Sequence record: NC_048077.1
Reading direction: 5' to 3' (one strand)
DNA: 64,000 nucleotides
Numbering within the stretch: the first letter of the stretch is position 1; each line of letters begins with the position of its first letter. The position numbers and the translations under genes are program-made. Under the pieces are notes generated by a model that was given only the letters and a program-made list of their open reading frames with translations, had not been told where the DNA came from and searched no databases. Below are positions 39,895 to 48,849 of this stretch, piece by piece.

Positions 39895-39936
39895 AAGGGC
39901 AGGGCGCAGTATACACACATTTGCATAGGTAAACTT

Positions 39937-40230
39937 ATGAACAAGCTAAGGACTCAAGCGCAAGCGCGTAAACTCTGGTTAGACTTCATCGCGTTTAAAC
40001 TCGAACTCGACCGCGTTAAAAGACCTAACGCAGCCATTACAGAAATGTCCGACAAGATTTGCGCAATGTATCGCGCAATCTCGTCAGAGAAATACAAAAC
40101 TGCTTTAAAACTCGGTGAGGAAGTTTTAGCAGTTAGTATCCAGTACAAAGCGCGTTATGAAAAAGACGCACTTCAATTTTTAAAACTTTGCAATCTCGCG
40201 GGAGAAGTTGTACGCGGTCTTAAAAAATAA
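39937..40230 (+). CDS. hypothetical protein
   Basis: First gene after promoter; SD AGGT. Confidence 0.7.
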   Translation: MNKLRTQAQARKLWLDFIAFKLELDRVKRPNAAITEMSDKICAMYRAISSEKYKTALKLGEEVLAVSIQYKARYEKDALQFLKLCNLAGEVVRGLKK

Positions 40231-40245
40231 ATGAGGAATTAGATT

Positions 40246-40758
40246 ATGAACGTAAATGCTTTACTTGATTTCCAAAACGAACTGTTAAAGCCTTTCGCTC
40301 CGTCTCAGGAATTCGCATTGATAACTCTCATCGTTCCACACACGGACGAAGAAACTGTCGTTGATTACTGTACTGAAATTCAGTACCGCTTTCCGCATGT
40401 TGCTTCGCTGTACGATGCCTATGCAATTAAGCGCCCCGAAAATGCGATTCCTCTCATTGTTCCTGTCGCCGACAAAACAAACGTGCGTGAAGAACTGTTT
40501 GAATTGAAAGCTGGCTCTGTTGGCTTGAGCGAAGATTTTTATCTTCTCCTTTCCACGTATGTTTCTCGCGTGCCGGAACACGTAAGCTCTCCTGATGAAC
40601 TGCACTTAGGTGCAAGTGATCGAATTGCGAGATTAACGCTGGATGATTTATCCGCTGCTATCATGCACGGTTTTTATTCTGGCGTACCGCCTATTGTTGG
40701 CGAAACGAAACGAAAAAGCGCTGGTTTCTGGCGCACACTTTTTCCATCTGCTGCATAA
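40246..40758 (+). CDS. hypothetical protein
   Basis: SD GAGGA. Confidence 0.75.
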   Translation: MNVNALLDFQNELLKPFAPSQEFALITLIVPHTDEETVVDYCTEIQYRFPHVASLYDAYAIKRPENAIPLIVPVADKTNVREELFELKAGSVGLSEDFYLLLSTYVSRVPEHVSSPDELHLGASDRIARLTLDDLSAAIMHGFYSGVPPIVGETKRKSAGFWRTLFPSAA

Positions 40759-40770
40759 GGAGAAATGATC

Positions 40771-40914
40771 ATGTCAGAGCGGGAAGAGTTTGAAATTTGG
40801 TTCGCACGAGAAAAAGCGCCGAAGATTGATCCGTCGCAGATATTTCTTATGCGAGAAATAATGTGGGAAGGCTGGCAAGGGAAAGCCAGCAATCTCGATC
40901 CAGATAAAAAGTGA
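40771..40914 (+). CDS. small hypothetical protein (47 aa)
   Basis: Own translation MSEREEFEIWFARE...MWEGWQGKASNLDPDKK; SD AAGGAG. Confidence 0.55.
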   Translation: MSEREEFEIWFAREKAPKIDPSQIFLMREIMWEGWQGKASNLDPDKK

Positions 40915-40956
40915 TCGATGGTGAGCAAAATTCTGTCTCGCCGTTAGGAGAATAAA

Positions 40957-41664
40957 ATGGAACTGCTAACCGGTATTGAGTTTGAAGCTCGTTTAAAAAG
41001 TTTAACTGATCAGTACAATCTCGTTGAGTATCACGAATGGATTCAGAAAAACAATTCTGTTCGTGGCACTGCATTCTATCATTCGAACCTGCACATGGAT
41101 GGCGTTGCGATGTTGTGTATGGATCTTCTTCCCGAAGAAGCGCATGATGATCGCGATGCAGTTTTTTGTTTGCTCGCCGCTGCTTTGATTCACGATATGG
41201 ATCATACGCTCGGTGAATATAGCGATAACGTTAATATCCAAAATGCAATTGCGGCACTCAGAGATTGGACGTGGGCTTCTCCTGCCGATTCTGATTTCAA
41301 ACGTCTGTTACCTGAAATCGAAAAGCTGATTCATATTACGGAATTTCCGTATACGCCGGATCGTGAACCTCAAACGGTTTATGAAAAAGTTCTGCGTGAC
41401 TCCGATATCTTGTGGGGAATTTTGCCCGGTCGCGCCGTAACGATTGTGGAAGGGTTACGAACTGAATTGCTGCATTCGTTCCCGCAATATACAAGCGACG
41501 GCTTTCGCTTAGTCAACTTCATTTATGATCGAATCGACTTCCTTCGTTCGCTGAATTGGGCGACGGAAAAAGGAAAGAAACTTTTTGATCGTTTTATCAT
41601 TCAACATAAACTGGAAATGTTGGATTACATTAACTCAGTTAAATCATACGAGGACAGAAAATAA
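40957..41664 (+). CDS. HD-superfamily phosphohydrolase, class-I PDE-like
   Basis: FYHSNLH, LLAAALIHDMDH, D.N, HITEFPY, LRDSDIL. Confidence 0.8.
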   Translation: MELLTGIEFEARLKSLTDQYNLVEYHEWIQKNNSVRGTAFYHSNLHMDGVAMLCMDLLPEEAHDDRDAVFCLLAAALIHDMDHTLGEYSDNVNIQNAIAALRDWTWASPADSDFKRLLPEIEKLIHITEFPYTPDREPQTVYEKVLRDSDILWGILPGRAVTIVEGLRTELLHSFPQYTSDGFRLVNFIYDRIDFLRSLNWATEKGKKLFDRFIIQHKLEMLDYINSVKSYEDRK

Positions 41665-42188
41665 TGTTCCCCATCACCAATGTAGTTGAGATTATAGATC
41701 TTGCCGCAATTCAAAACAAACTTTGCGATGTAGCAATTCAGCGCGGAATGTTACCGCACCGAAAATCAAAATACAGCGTGTTCTTTATCCCGGTTCATCG
41801 TTCCTCAAATGAGAACGAAGTATTGGATGTGTACACTCAGGCGCTGGATCGCTTCTCGCTCAAACTTGTTACTTCAATTGCGAAATACAAGAAGCATTTT
41901 CTCCCGCTCGTTGTGCCGATTGCATATTCAGAAGATCCGTTCTTCATCCATTTGGACGGAGACGTGGTGAAGATTGAAATGCAACCATACTACAGCGAGT
42001 TAATTGGTGGTGCGGCTAACAGTAACCTCGTTTCTAAATCCCTTGTTGGTGCAATCGTGGCTAGTCATCACCGATATGATATTCCTGTCGATGAGTTTGA
42101 TGGTTACTTGGAAGGAAATTTCCTACACACGATTCGCACCCGCTTGAACCGAATAAGTTGGCCTAGAGCGGCTAAGGAGTCCAAATGA
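41664..42188 (+). CDS. hypothetical protein
   Basis: TAATG coupling. Confidence 0.7.
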   Translation: MFPITNVVEIIDLAAIQNKLCDVAIQRGMLPHRKSKYSVFFIPVHRSSNENEVLDVYTQALDRFSLKLVTSIAKYKKHFLPLVVPIAYSEDPFFIHLDGDVVKIEMQPYYSELIGGAANSNLVSKSLVGAIVASHHRYDIPVDEFDGYLEGNFLHTIRTRLNRISWPRAAKESK

Positions 42189-42640
42189 TTTACGATCCTA
42201 AAAACGGATTGTTAAATGTGGGTGACGTTGAAATGCGCACTCGTCCTGTTTTGTTTCAGCACAAACTCTGGCAGAACATGGAAGAGTATTTCAAGCAGGC
42301 TGAACACAATTTTGTTGACCGCTACAACGCGCTGAATGGAACCTCGCGTTCTGTTCTGCCTATCTCTTTCGTGTACGTTATTTCGAAAGGCGGTCATCGC
42401 GTTCGTACTTCAACGCTACTGGAAAAGTTTGGCTACGATGGCGATAAATTTAATCCAGTAGATCCGGATTACAAGTTTCTGCTTGGTGAGTTATTTTCTC
42501 GCTACACAAAAATTCCGGCTGAACAGTGTTTTGTTCAAAGTTTCAAACTGCCTGAAAGTCGGCTGTTACTTGAAACAATCAATTTTCTCGTCCTGCCTTG
42601 CGAAGATTTCTTCGTCGGCATTGTTAGCTTAGAGGGTTAA
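42185..42640 (+). CDS. hypothetical protein
   Basis: SD AAGGAG; ATGA overlap. Confidence 0.75.
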   Translation: MIYDPKNGLLNVGDVEMRTRPVLFQHKLWQNMEEYFKQAEHNFVDRYNALNGTSRSVLPISFVYVISKGGHRVRTSTLLEKFGYDGDKFNPVDPDYKFLLGELFSRYTKIPAEQCFVQSFKLPESRLLLETINFLVLPCEDFFVGIVSLEG

Positions 42641-42847
42641 ATGGAAACGATCTCTATTCGTGTAAAGCGTGCGGAAGTTCTTGTTGGGAATGGCGTTGAT
42701 AAAGTAGTGCTGGTTACTGAACTTCCGCTCGGTGTTGCTCCCTTCAACGATGAAGGGCAGACACTTGAATTTAAAGTTGCTGCTGGCAAGGGCGTTCTTT
42801 ATGTCCAGAAGCATTTCAATCTGAATCCAAAAGTCACAAGGGTATAA
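42641..42847 (+). CDS. small hypothetical protein
   Basis: SD GAGGG. Confidence 0.65.
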   Translation: METISIRVKRAEVLVGNGVDKVVLVTELPLGVAPFNDEGQTLEFKVAAGKGVLYVQKHFNLNPKVTRV

Positions 42848-42853
42848 GCGATC

Positions 42854-43258
42854 ATGAGTAAGAATAAATCAGTTTATGATGTTCTTCTGCAACGCACACT
42901 TTCAAGCCTGTTGAATCTTAGTCAGGCTGACACGGCTACGCAGGTTTCTATCACCGTCGCCGGAAACGCGTATAAGTTTTCTCTGCCTTTTGAAAAAGAA
43001 AAAGTGCTTCGCGTTGTTGTGCGCGTAAGCGATAAAGGCAATCTGAAAATCAAAGCAACGTTAGACAAACCTGTTAAACGTTTTATCTCTGGCCTCGTTG
43101 CGATTGCTAAAGATAATATGGTTTCTTCTAACGATGGTCTACGCGACTTCACCAAAGTAAAAGACAAACTTTGGAAAGCGTATGTGAAGAAAGCCGAAGC
43201 TGAATTGCGTAGCAAGATTATTCGTTCAGCGCTGGCTTCCTACCAGTGGACAAAATAA
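42854..43258 (+). CDS. basic hypothetical protein
   Basis: 134 aa ORF followed by terminator. Confidence 0.7.
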   Translation: MSKNKSVYDVLLQRTLSSLLNLSQADTATQVSITVAGNAYKFSLPFEKEKVLRVVVRVSDKGNLKIKATLDKPVKRFISGLVAIAKDNMVSSNDGLRDFTKVKDKLWKAYVKKAEAELRSKIIRSALASYQWTK

Positions 43259-43259
43259 C

Positions 43260-43281
43260 GCGCTCCTGTTGGGGCGCTTTT
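43260..43281 (+). terminator. intrinsic terminator
   Basis: GCGCTCC-TGTT-GGGGCGC-TTTT. Confidence 0.65.
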
Positions 43282-43308
43282 ACTCTCTCTCTTTAGGAAT
43301 TGCAAATC

Positions 43309-43932
43309 ATGCGTTACGAACTGAATAAGCCTTATGTTTTCTTTGCAGCACAAACCGTTTTTGAAGATGGTCGCGTTGTTGAAAAGATGCACGCGTACCA
43401 ATCAACAAATCCGAACGATGAACTGCGCGATATTAAATTTGTTGTTGCGCAGTGCAAAGAGCACCACAAAGTTCCGTGGGATCAAGATCCGAAAGGCGAA
43501 AAGAAATACGATGGTTTTATTTTCGAACTGCCTGATGGTGAAAAAGCAACGAACCAGTATCCGCACGCCAGCTACGGTCAAATGTCTGACACTGCTGATG
43601 GTGTTATTTCTCTGCTCTCCCATTACTACGAAAAGTTCGACAAAGACTTTGATAAGATTTCCGAAGCCGATGTTTATATCGAATACTTTTCTTTCCAGCG
43701 CCATATGGAAGCATTGGAGTCGGCGATTTATAAGTTTTCGCCGGAAGGAGATCGAAGTGATCCGGAGTATCACGCTAAACTGGTTGAGCGTCGCAATCTG
43801 CTGATTTCAGAACTGGCGAAACAGCTTAATATGACAATCCAATTCTCGCAGTACAGCGTGACAACCAAAGACGGCAGCGTTATCGCGCCTCCCGGATTAT
43901 ATCGCTCAGAGTTGGCTCCACTCTGCAAATAA
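43309..43932 (+). CDS. hypothetical protein
   Basis: ATG 43309, SD AGGA. Confidence 0.75.
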   Translation: MRYELNKPYVFFAAQTVFEDGRVVEKMHAYQSTNPNDELRDIKFVVAQCKEHHKVPWDQDPKGEKKYDGFIFELPDGEKATNQYPHASYGQMSDTADGVISLLSHYYEKFDKDFDKISEADVYIEYFSFQRHMEALESAIYKFSPEGDRSDPEYHAKLVERRNLLISELAKQLNMTIQFSQYSVTTKDGSVIAPPGLYRSELAPLCK

Positions 43933-43977
43933 GTGTCTGAAATACCGCTGGTAACGTATACCCCTTTTCTGTAAACT
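43920..43977 (+). promoter_or_regulatory. class-I phage promoter (variant box)
   Basis: ACTCTGCAAA..TGTCTGAAAT 43934-43943, 28 nt, TAAACT 43972-43977. Confidence 0.65.
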
Positions 43978-44032
43978 AAGGGAAAGGCGTTTCCTATCTC
44001 AAATCACATAATAGACTGCAAGGAGTTCTATA

Positions 44033-44638
44033 ATGTTCGCAATCAAAACCGTAACCGACCTGAACAACCTGATCGAACTGCAAGACGCTGTACTGTCCGA
44101 AGTGTTGGGTAAATCTTCCGATATGCGTTTGAACAAATACCAATGGAATTTGGATTTGTACAAACATAAATGGACGATGATTAAAGTTCCGGTTGAGGTT
44201 TACGGTTTTCATGATGTTGAAGAAACAAATATGCGTTTGCATTTTGTTCGTCATTATCTGAAAAACTCACATTCGTTTTTGAAGAGTATTGTTTCGCCTC
44301 GCCGTGTTTCATTATCTGGAAAATGGATTCCGTTTTTCGTGCCGGGAGGTTTTGATTTTAGCAATGCCGTTCGATTGACGAACGACAACGAAAATATTTT
44401 GTCGGGCGTTTCCCCTGCGGGTCGTGCATTTCTCGAATGCAGTATCAATCCTCTTTTTCGTACAGAGTGGATGCTGGAAGATATCGTGAGCGCAATCGTG
44501 TGGGCGAAAGTTCAATACAACTTAACGCCTGAAACTTTTAATGTGGATGTGTTTAGCGCATCACATGCAATTCTTCATTACGTGCGCAAAGTCCTCTGGT
44601 CTTTCGCCAATCCAAAGTTTAAAAAGGCACACGCATGA
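44033..44638 (+). CDS. hypothetical protein
   Basis: SD AAGGAG. Confidence 0.75.
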   Translation: MFAIKTVTDLNNLIELQDAVLSEVLGKSSDMRLNKYQWNLDLYKHKWTMIKVPVEVYGFHDVEETNMRLHFVRHYLKNSHSFLKSIVSPRRVSLSGKWIPFFVPGGFDFSNAVRLTNDNENILSGVSPAGRAFLECSINPLFRTEWMLEDIVSAIVWAKVQYNLTPETFNVDVFSASHAILHYVRKVLWSFANPKFKKAHA

Positions 44639-44811
44639 GTATCTCGGAAAAACTTGCTGAACTACTTAAAAATGGCAAGGTAGCATTTCCAACTGGAATT
44701 GATTTAGGTGACTTTGAGTTTGCTGCTCGTATGCGTGGCATTCAATTCACAAAAGCAAAAGTCGAAACATCCACTCGAACCGTCGTCCGATATAAGGTAA
44801 CAGCACAATGA
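44635..44811 (+). CDS. small hypothetical protein (58 aa)
   Basis: Own translation MSISEKLAELLKNGKVAFPTG...; ATGA overlaps at both ends. Confidence 0.6.
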   Translation: MSISEKLAELLKNGKVAFPTGIDLGDFEFAARMRGIQFTKAKVETSTRTVVRYKVTAQ

Positions 44812-45215
44812 AAGTTTTAGACTTGGATAAGTTTACTGACAATTTGGCGTTGTATGCGGCTGCTCGCAAAGTCGAAGAAGTTTTCTCGCAAGTTGATCAA
44901 CATATGCAGCGCAATGGCGCTATCGCCTTTCATGTTCCGATGATCGACTTCTACGCGAATGCAAATGATGTTCGCGCAGTGTTCGGCGACGGCGTGATGG
45001 TTGATCATCGATGGGATGAAGCAGAAACAACGGCGTGTATCAATCGTGTTCTGGCTTCACCTGAATTTGCCAACTGGTTTGGCGGCTGGATGGTGGCAGA
45101 TGGAACAGAGTACATGAAAAAACATGCTGTGCTCAAGTCTGAAATTCCGGATCAAAAAATCTTTATTTTCATTCCAGAAATTCCGGTTCTTTCGCTGCAA
45201 CAAATTTTGAATTGA
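44808..45215 (+). CDS. hypothetical protein
   Basis: SD AAGGT. Confidence 0.7.
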   Translation: MKVLDLDKFTDNLALYAAARKVEEVFSQVDQHMQRNGAIAFHVPMIDFYANANDVRAVFGDGVMVDHRWDEAETTACINRVLASPEFANWFGGWMVADGTEYMKKHAVLKSEIPDQKIFIFIPEIPVLSLQQILN

Positions 45216-45225
45216 GGGAAGTGAA

Positions 45226-46059
45226 ATGTCTGCTGTAACAAGTCAGAATGATTTTGATGCAGTGCGTACTGCGCTGGAGAGCATTTTAAAAGCTAATGAA
45301 GATGCTCGCCGTGGATTGTACGAGAAGGGTGAGTTGTTTAACGACAACTTTTTGAAGTTTTCCGTTTCTGATTTACATAAAAGTTTGCAGAATACTCCGC
45401 GTAGAAAACTGCCTCAGATTGTTGAGAAAGTTTTAGGCGATTTCAACTTTAGAGCAATTCACGGAGATTGGGCGCTCGTTAAACACGATGCTCCCGACTT
45501 CACTTTAATTGAATTGCCTCACTCTGCAACGAATGTCGTTGGCGTTACTTTTTCAAAAGATTCTTATAAAGGAAAACTTGTCGAGTTAGGCGATACTGAT
45601 TTTGCGGAACCTGTCGTTAAGGAGAAAGTAAAAGCTCCCGCTAAACAGCGAACGAAAAAAGTTATCGCTAAGAAGGAAGAAGTAAAAAGTAATTCCGTTG
45701 TTCAGGAAGAAGTTGAACCTGAACATGTAGAGAATGCTCCTGCCTCTGTATTGGAAGTTAAAAAGAGAAGGGCGGCTGTTGAAAAACTTTCACCGGAAGA
45801 TCGGCGTCAGTCTTCTGGCACGTATCAACAATTAAAATTCGTTTTGCTTTCTATGACAAAAGAAACGCTAGACGTTTTGGCAGAAACATTGAACATTGGC
45901 GAGTTGGAACCTACGGTGCGCGGGGCGGTAGAAGATATTCTCCGCTTCATGGATTTCGAATCTATTCGCGATGCAGCGGATAATATGGGAATCACACTGA
46001 AAGCTCGCAACAACGCAGACGCAGCATTGTTAGAATTTCTAATCGTCCAATCTAAATAA
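45226..46059 (+). CDS. putative winged-helix-like protein with C-terminal HeH-like modules; paralog of 47514
   Basis: NFLKFSVSDL...IHGDWALV..DAPDFTLIELPHSATNVV matches 47514 NIIKVSMREI...VYGSWVFV..DSPDCLFIQLPKTSTNAI. Confidence 0.7.
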   Translation: MSAVTSQNDFDAVRTALESILKANEDARRGLYEKGELFNDNFLKFSVSDLHKSLQNTPRRKLPQIVEKVLGDFNFRAIHGDWALVKHDAPDFTLIELPHSATNVVGVTFSKDSYKGKLVELGDTDFAEPVVKEKVKAPAKQRTKKVIAKKEEVKSNSVVQEEVEPEHVENAPASVLEVKKRRAAVEKLSPEDRRQSSGTYQQLKFVLLSMTKETLDVLAETLNIGELEPTVRGAVEDILRFMDFESIRDAADNMGITLKARNNADAALLEFLIVQSK

Positions 46060-46075
46060 ACCCGTGGAGAGAATC

Positions 46076-46858
46076 ATGTTAACCATTCAGCGTAAAACCA
46101 GTTTCAGCGGCATCACCTTTTCTTTTATGCGCAACGGCAAACTGATTGCCGCGCATGTTTCCGGCCTGCTGCTTTCTCAGGCAATTGCAAAAATGTATGG
46201 CAGCTCAATGACCGTCTGCATTCAGTACAAAGACGGTCGCGAAGTTGAGGATCAAGTAATCATGCGCCGTGTGGTGCAAGCCGATCCGATGCAGGATTCC
46301 GAATCTTTTATTGATATGTGCTTGTGCTTGGATTTGGGTACAGCGTTCGCCGAAGTTCCGTTGATTGCTATGCGCAGCAAAACGAAACCGGAAGAGAAAG
46401 CTGTTAAGCGCGTTATTGTTCGCGATGCGGATCGCATGGAGAAATTTTTAATAGAACAGCGTGACGCGATTGAATTGCAGTCACTCTACGAATTCCTCGT
46501 TGATAGCGAACTGCGAAACGTTCGCCATGTTGTTCGCTTCCTCGGCCTGACTGTTGAGGGCGGCACCGAAGTTGAAGATCACGCCGACGAGATTATCGAA
46601 GTTCCTCGCGCTGTATGGCATGAGCAATTCCTTGCCAACGAAATGAAGTTAGACGCAGACGCGCCTCTTGTTACTCTGGCGCAGGAAGCAATCTTCTTCA
46701 TGGAAAATAAACATCGCGTTGATGCGTCTCTGTCTTTTGACGATGACGAAGATTTTGACTTCGAAGATGAAACAGAAATTTTCTCCGAAGAGTTCGACGG
46801 CGACAACATCGAAGAAACAATTCTTTCCGACGATAGCAGTCTGGAAGAAGACGCGTAA
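46076..46858 (+). CDS. hypothetical protein with acidic tail
   Basis: ATG 46076, SD GGAG. Confidence 0.7.
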   Translation: MLTIQRKTSFSGITFSFMRNGKLIAAHVSGLLLSQAIAKMYGSSMTVCIQYKDGREVEDQVIMRRVVQADPMQDSESFIDMCLCLDLGTAFAEVPLIAMRSKTKPEEKAVKRVIVRDADRMEKFLIEQRDAIELQSLYEFLVDSELRNVRHVVRFLGLTVEGGTEVEDHADEIIEVPRAVWHEQFLANEMKLDADAPLVTLAQEAIFFMENKHRVDASLSFDDDEDFDFEDETEIFSEEFDGDNIEETILSDDSSLEEDA

Positions 46859-46876
46859 GAATTAGATTGTGCATTT

Positions 46877-46982
46877 TAGAGCGAATTGCTCTAGGCTTGA
46901 ATTTGGATTTCCCCTTACTGCTAAGGAATGCGGTGTTTAAATTCAAGCCAACTTTTTATGTTTCTTTGCGAGGGAACATAAA
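46877..46982 (+). ncRNA. candidate structured intergenic RNA or leader
   Basis: Three consecutive hairpins, including an 11-bp stem GGCTTGAATTT/AAATTCAAGCC. Confidence 0.35.
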
Positions 46983-47012
46983 CGGTTCAACCACACAAAG
47001 AGAGGCTACGCT

Positions 47013-47363
47013 GTGAAAACTATCAAATTCCATTTTGGCGCAAGCCAGTTAAACACACTCACGCTTAACCGCAATGCAATTCAATCAGAATCGCAGGTTA
47101 AACAGATTCTGAATATCCTGATGTGTCCTGCACGCGTTTGGGAAGCGATTGTCTCCAACGACAACGTAAAGCAGGTTACGCTTTTTAATAGCGCCTCTGA
47201 AATGGCTCCTTACGTTTCGCCGCATAAATCCATTCACCATTTGGACAGAAACAGCGATACCTTTATCGAAGATTTCCGGGCGCTGCTTTCTTCTCATAAC
47301 GGCGTCTACCTAAACGGCACCGATATTCAAGTGCTGGCTTTAGGCGAAGATGAGATCGAATAA
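47013..47363 (+). CDS. hypothetical protein
   Basis: GTG start, SD GAGG. Confidence 0.65.
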   Translation: MKTIKFHFGASQLNTLTLNRNAIQSESQVKQILNILMCPARVWEAIVSNDNVKQVTLFNSASEMAPYVSPHKSIHHLDRNSDTFIEDFRALLSSHNGVYLNGTDIQVLALGEDEIE

Positions 47364-47420
47364 CTCTGCAAAACAGTGTCCAAAATAGCGATGGCATTTC
47401 GGCACTGAAATCTGTAAACT
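47363..47420 (+). promoter_or_regulatory. class-I phage promoter overlapping an AAWCTGTAAA motif
   Basis: ACTCTGCAAAA..TGTCCAAAAT 47377-47386, 28 nt, TAAACT 47415-47420 inside AATCTGTAAACT. Confidence 0.75.
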
Positions 47421-47427
47421 GTAGTCA

Positions 47428-47513
47428 GAGGCAAATGGCCTCAACAAGCGTGTAAGGATTTACGGGGTTTTCACCTTACATGCTTTCAACGTAAATCCCA
47501 AAGGAAATAAATC
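47428..47513 (+). promoter_or_regulatory. structured 5' leader with competing helices
   Basis: 12-bp stem 47446-47457/47474-47485 and overlapping 9-bp helix 47456-47464/47490-47498 next to SD. Confidence 0.45.
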
Positions 47514-48257
47514 ATGCCTAACGAAAAAACTTCTGTTCCTTCTCGCAAAGAATTCGCGGCATCTAGAGCGGCGGCAAAGAAAGTGAAATCTGCTCCTGCT
47601 TCTGTTCGTGCGAAAAATTCAACGAAAGATGTTAGTCGCGAAACTGACGCTGATCGTTTGGATAAATTTGTGATTGCGGTTCTGGAAGAATGGCGTGTAG
47701 CCAAAGAGAATAATCTCGCTGGCTCCGATCAAAACATCATCAAAGTGAGTATGCGCGAAATCAAGTTGCTCATGTCTCGAACTTTGAAAAACACGCGTGT
47801 ATCTCGGCTGCACGATCTGATTAACGATACGTTATCCGGATTGAACATCGCTGAGGTTTACGGTTCGTGGGTGTTCGTTGATTGGGATTCTCCAGACTGT
47901 CTGTTTATCCAACTGCCGAAAACATCGACCAACGCGATTCGTGTTCGCGTTGCCAGTAAAGCGGGAAGCGCTGAATTCTCGCTCCAAAAATCCACTGAGC
48001 AATTGATTGAAGATCGATTCCGTGTGGAAGAGGACGAGGACGAAAATCAAACCGTTGTCGATGACGGAGACATTGATCGTGAGTATGACGGTCGCCCTGA
48101 GAATGTTCGTAAGACGGAGAAGCAATTGCGGTCTTGGACGCTTGAGCAATTACAAAACTTCGTAATTGAAAACAAGATTGAAGTCTGGGCCGGTGCGGAT
48201 TATAACTACGAGACACTTCTTGCTGCCGTGTTGGATTTCAAAACTAAACAGGCATAA
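47514..48257 (+). CDS. putative winged-helix-like protein with basic N-tail and C-terminal HeH-like module; paralog of 45226
   Basis: See 45226; C-terminal LRSWTLEQLQNFVIENKI...YETLLAAVL. Confidence 0.72.
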   Translation: MPNEKTSVPSRKEFAASRAAAKKVKSAPASVRAKNSTKDVSRETDADRLDKFVIAVLEEWRVAKENNLAGSDQNIIKVSMREIKLLMSRTLKNTRVSRLHDLINDTLSGLNIAEVYGSWVFVDWDSPDCLFIQLPKTSTNAIRVRVASKAGSAEFSLQKSTEQLIEDRFRVEEDEDENQTVVDDGDIDREYDGRPENVRKTEKQLRSWTLEQLQNFVIENKIEVWAGADYNYETLLAAVLDFKTKQA

Positions 48258-48265
48258 TTGATTAC

Positions 48266-48292
48266 GGGTGGCACTTCGGTGCTACCCTTTTT
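48266..48292 (+). terminator. intrinsic terminator
   Basis: GGGTGGCAC-TTCG-GTGCTACCC-TTTTT. Confidence 0.8.
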
Positions 48293-48312
48293 AACTTTCT
48301 GGAGAAATTTTT

Positions 48313-48843
48313 ATGAAATTCCGTAATGCCGAAAACGTTGCTGCTTTGCTTGTGTTGAATCTGAAAACATACGGCGACGAGAAAGAAAAAGATTTAAAAC
48401 GCGTTCTTATCAGCGCAAGCAATCTCGCTGAACTGTTTGGCTACACAAACAACTATATTGAACCTGAGAAACTTAAAGAACTTGAGTTTCATTTGCGCCA
48501 GCGCGGTTATCTGTTCTTCGTTTTTGAAAGCGGTATATATGGAATGCTCCGTATCTCTACGCTGACAAACTGGCCTCGCATTGCAATGTCACGCATTGAG
48601 GCGGCGTTAGATTTGCCGCTGGAAGATATTGAATCGCTAATCAATGCAGATTCAAATGATCAAGGTGTTCCGCTCGATAAAGAAAATGATCTCTATCCTA
48701 ATACGTGGAGTTTTGATCGTATCCAACAATACTTTTTCAAACATCTTACTGATTTGGATATCAGCGCGTACACAACTCGGCAAGCGGCCTGCTTAGTTCA
48801 AAAACATATGCGCAAACACAATATCGTTCCGGTGAAGGGTTAA
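48313..48843 (+). CDS. hypothetical protein, possible distant winged-helix family member
   Basis: RVLISASNLAELFG...LKELEFHLRQRGYLFFVFESG; SD GGAG. Confidence 0.7.
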   Translation: MKFRNAENVAALLVLNLKTYGDEKEKDLKRVLISASNLAELFGYTNNYIEPEKLKELEFHLRQRGYLFFVFESGIYGMLRISTLTNWPRIAMSRIEAALDLPLEDIESLINADSNDQGVPLDKENDLYPNTWSFDRIQQYFFKHLTDLDISAYTTRQAACLVQKHMRKHNIVPVKG

Positions 48844-48849
48844 AAAATT

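Noticed and set aside
40246-42188. 40246 and 41664 as paralogs
   Set aside because: Only a short PL[IV]VP[VI]A match; insufficient by eye
46894-46949. tRNA-like element
   Set aside because: Too short; no TTCRA T-loop, anticodon arm or CCA; no tRNA recognised anywhere in the window
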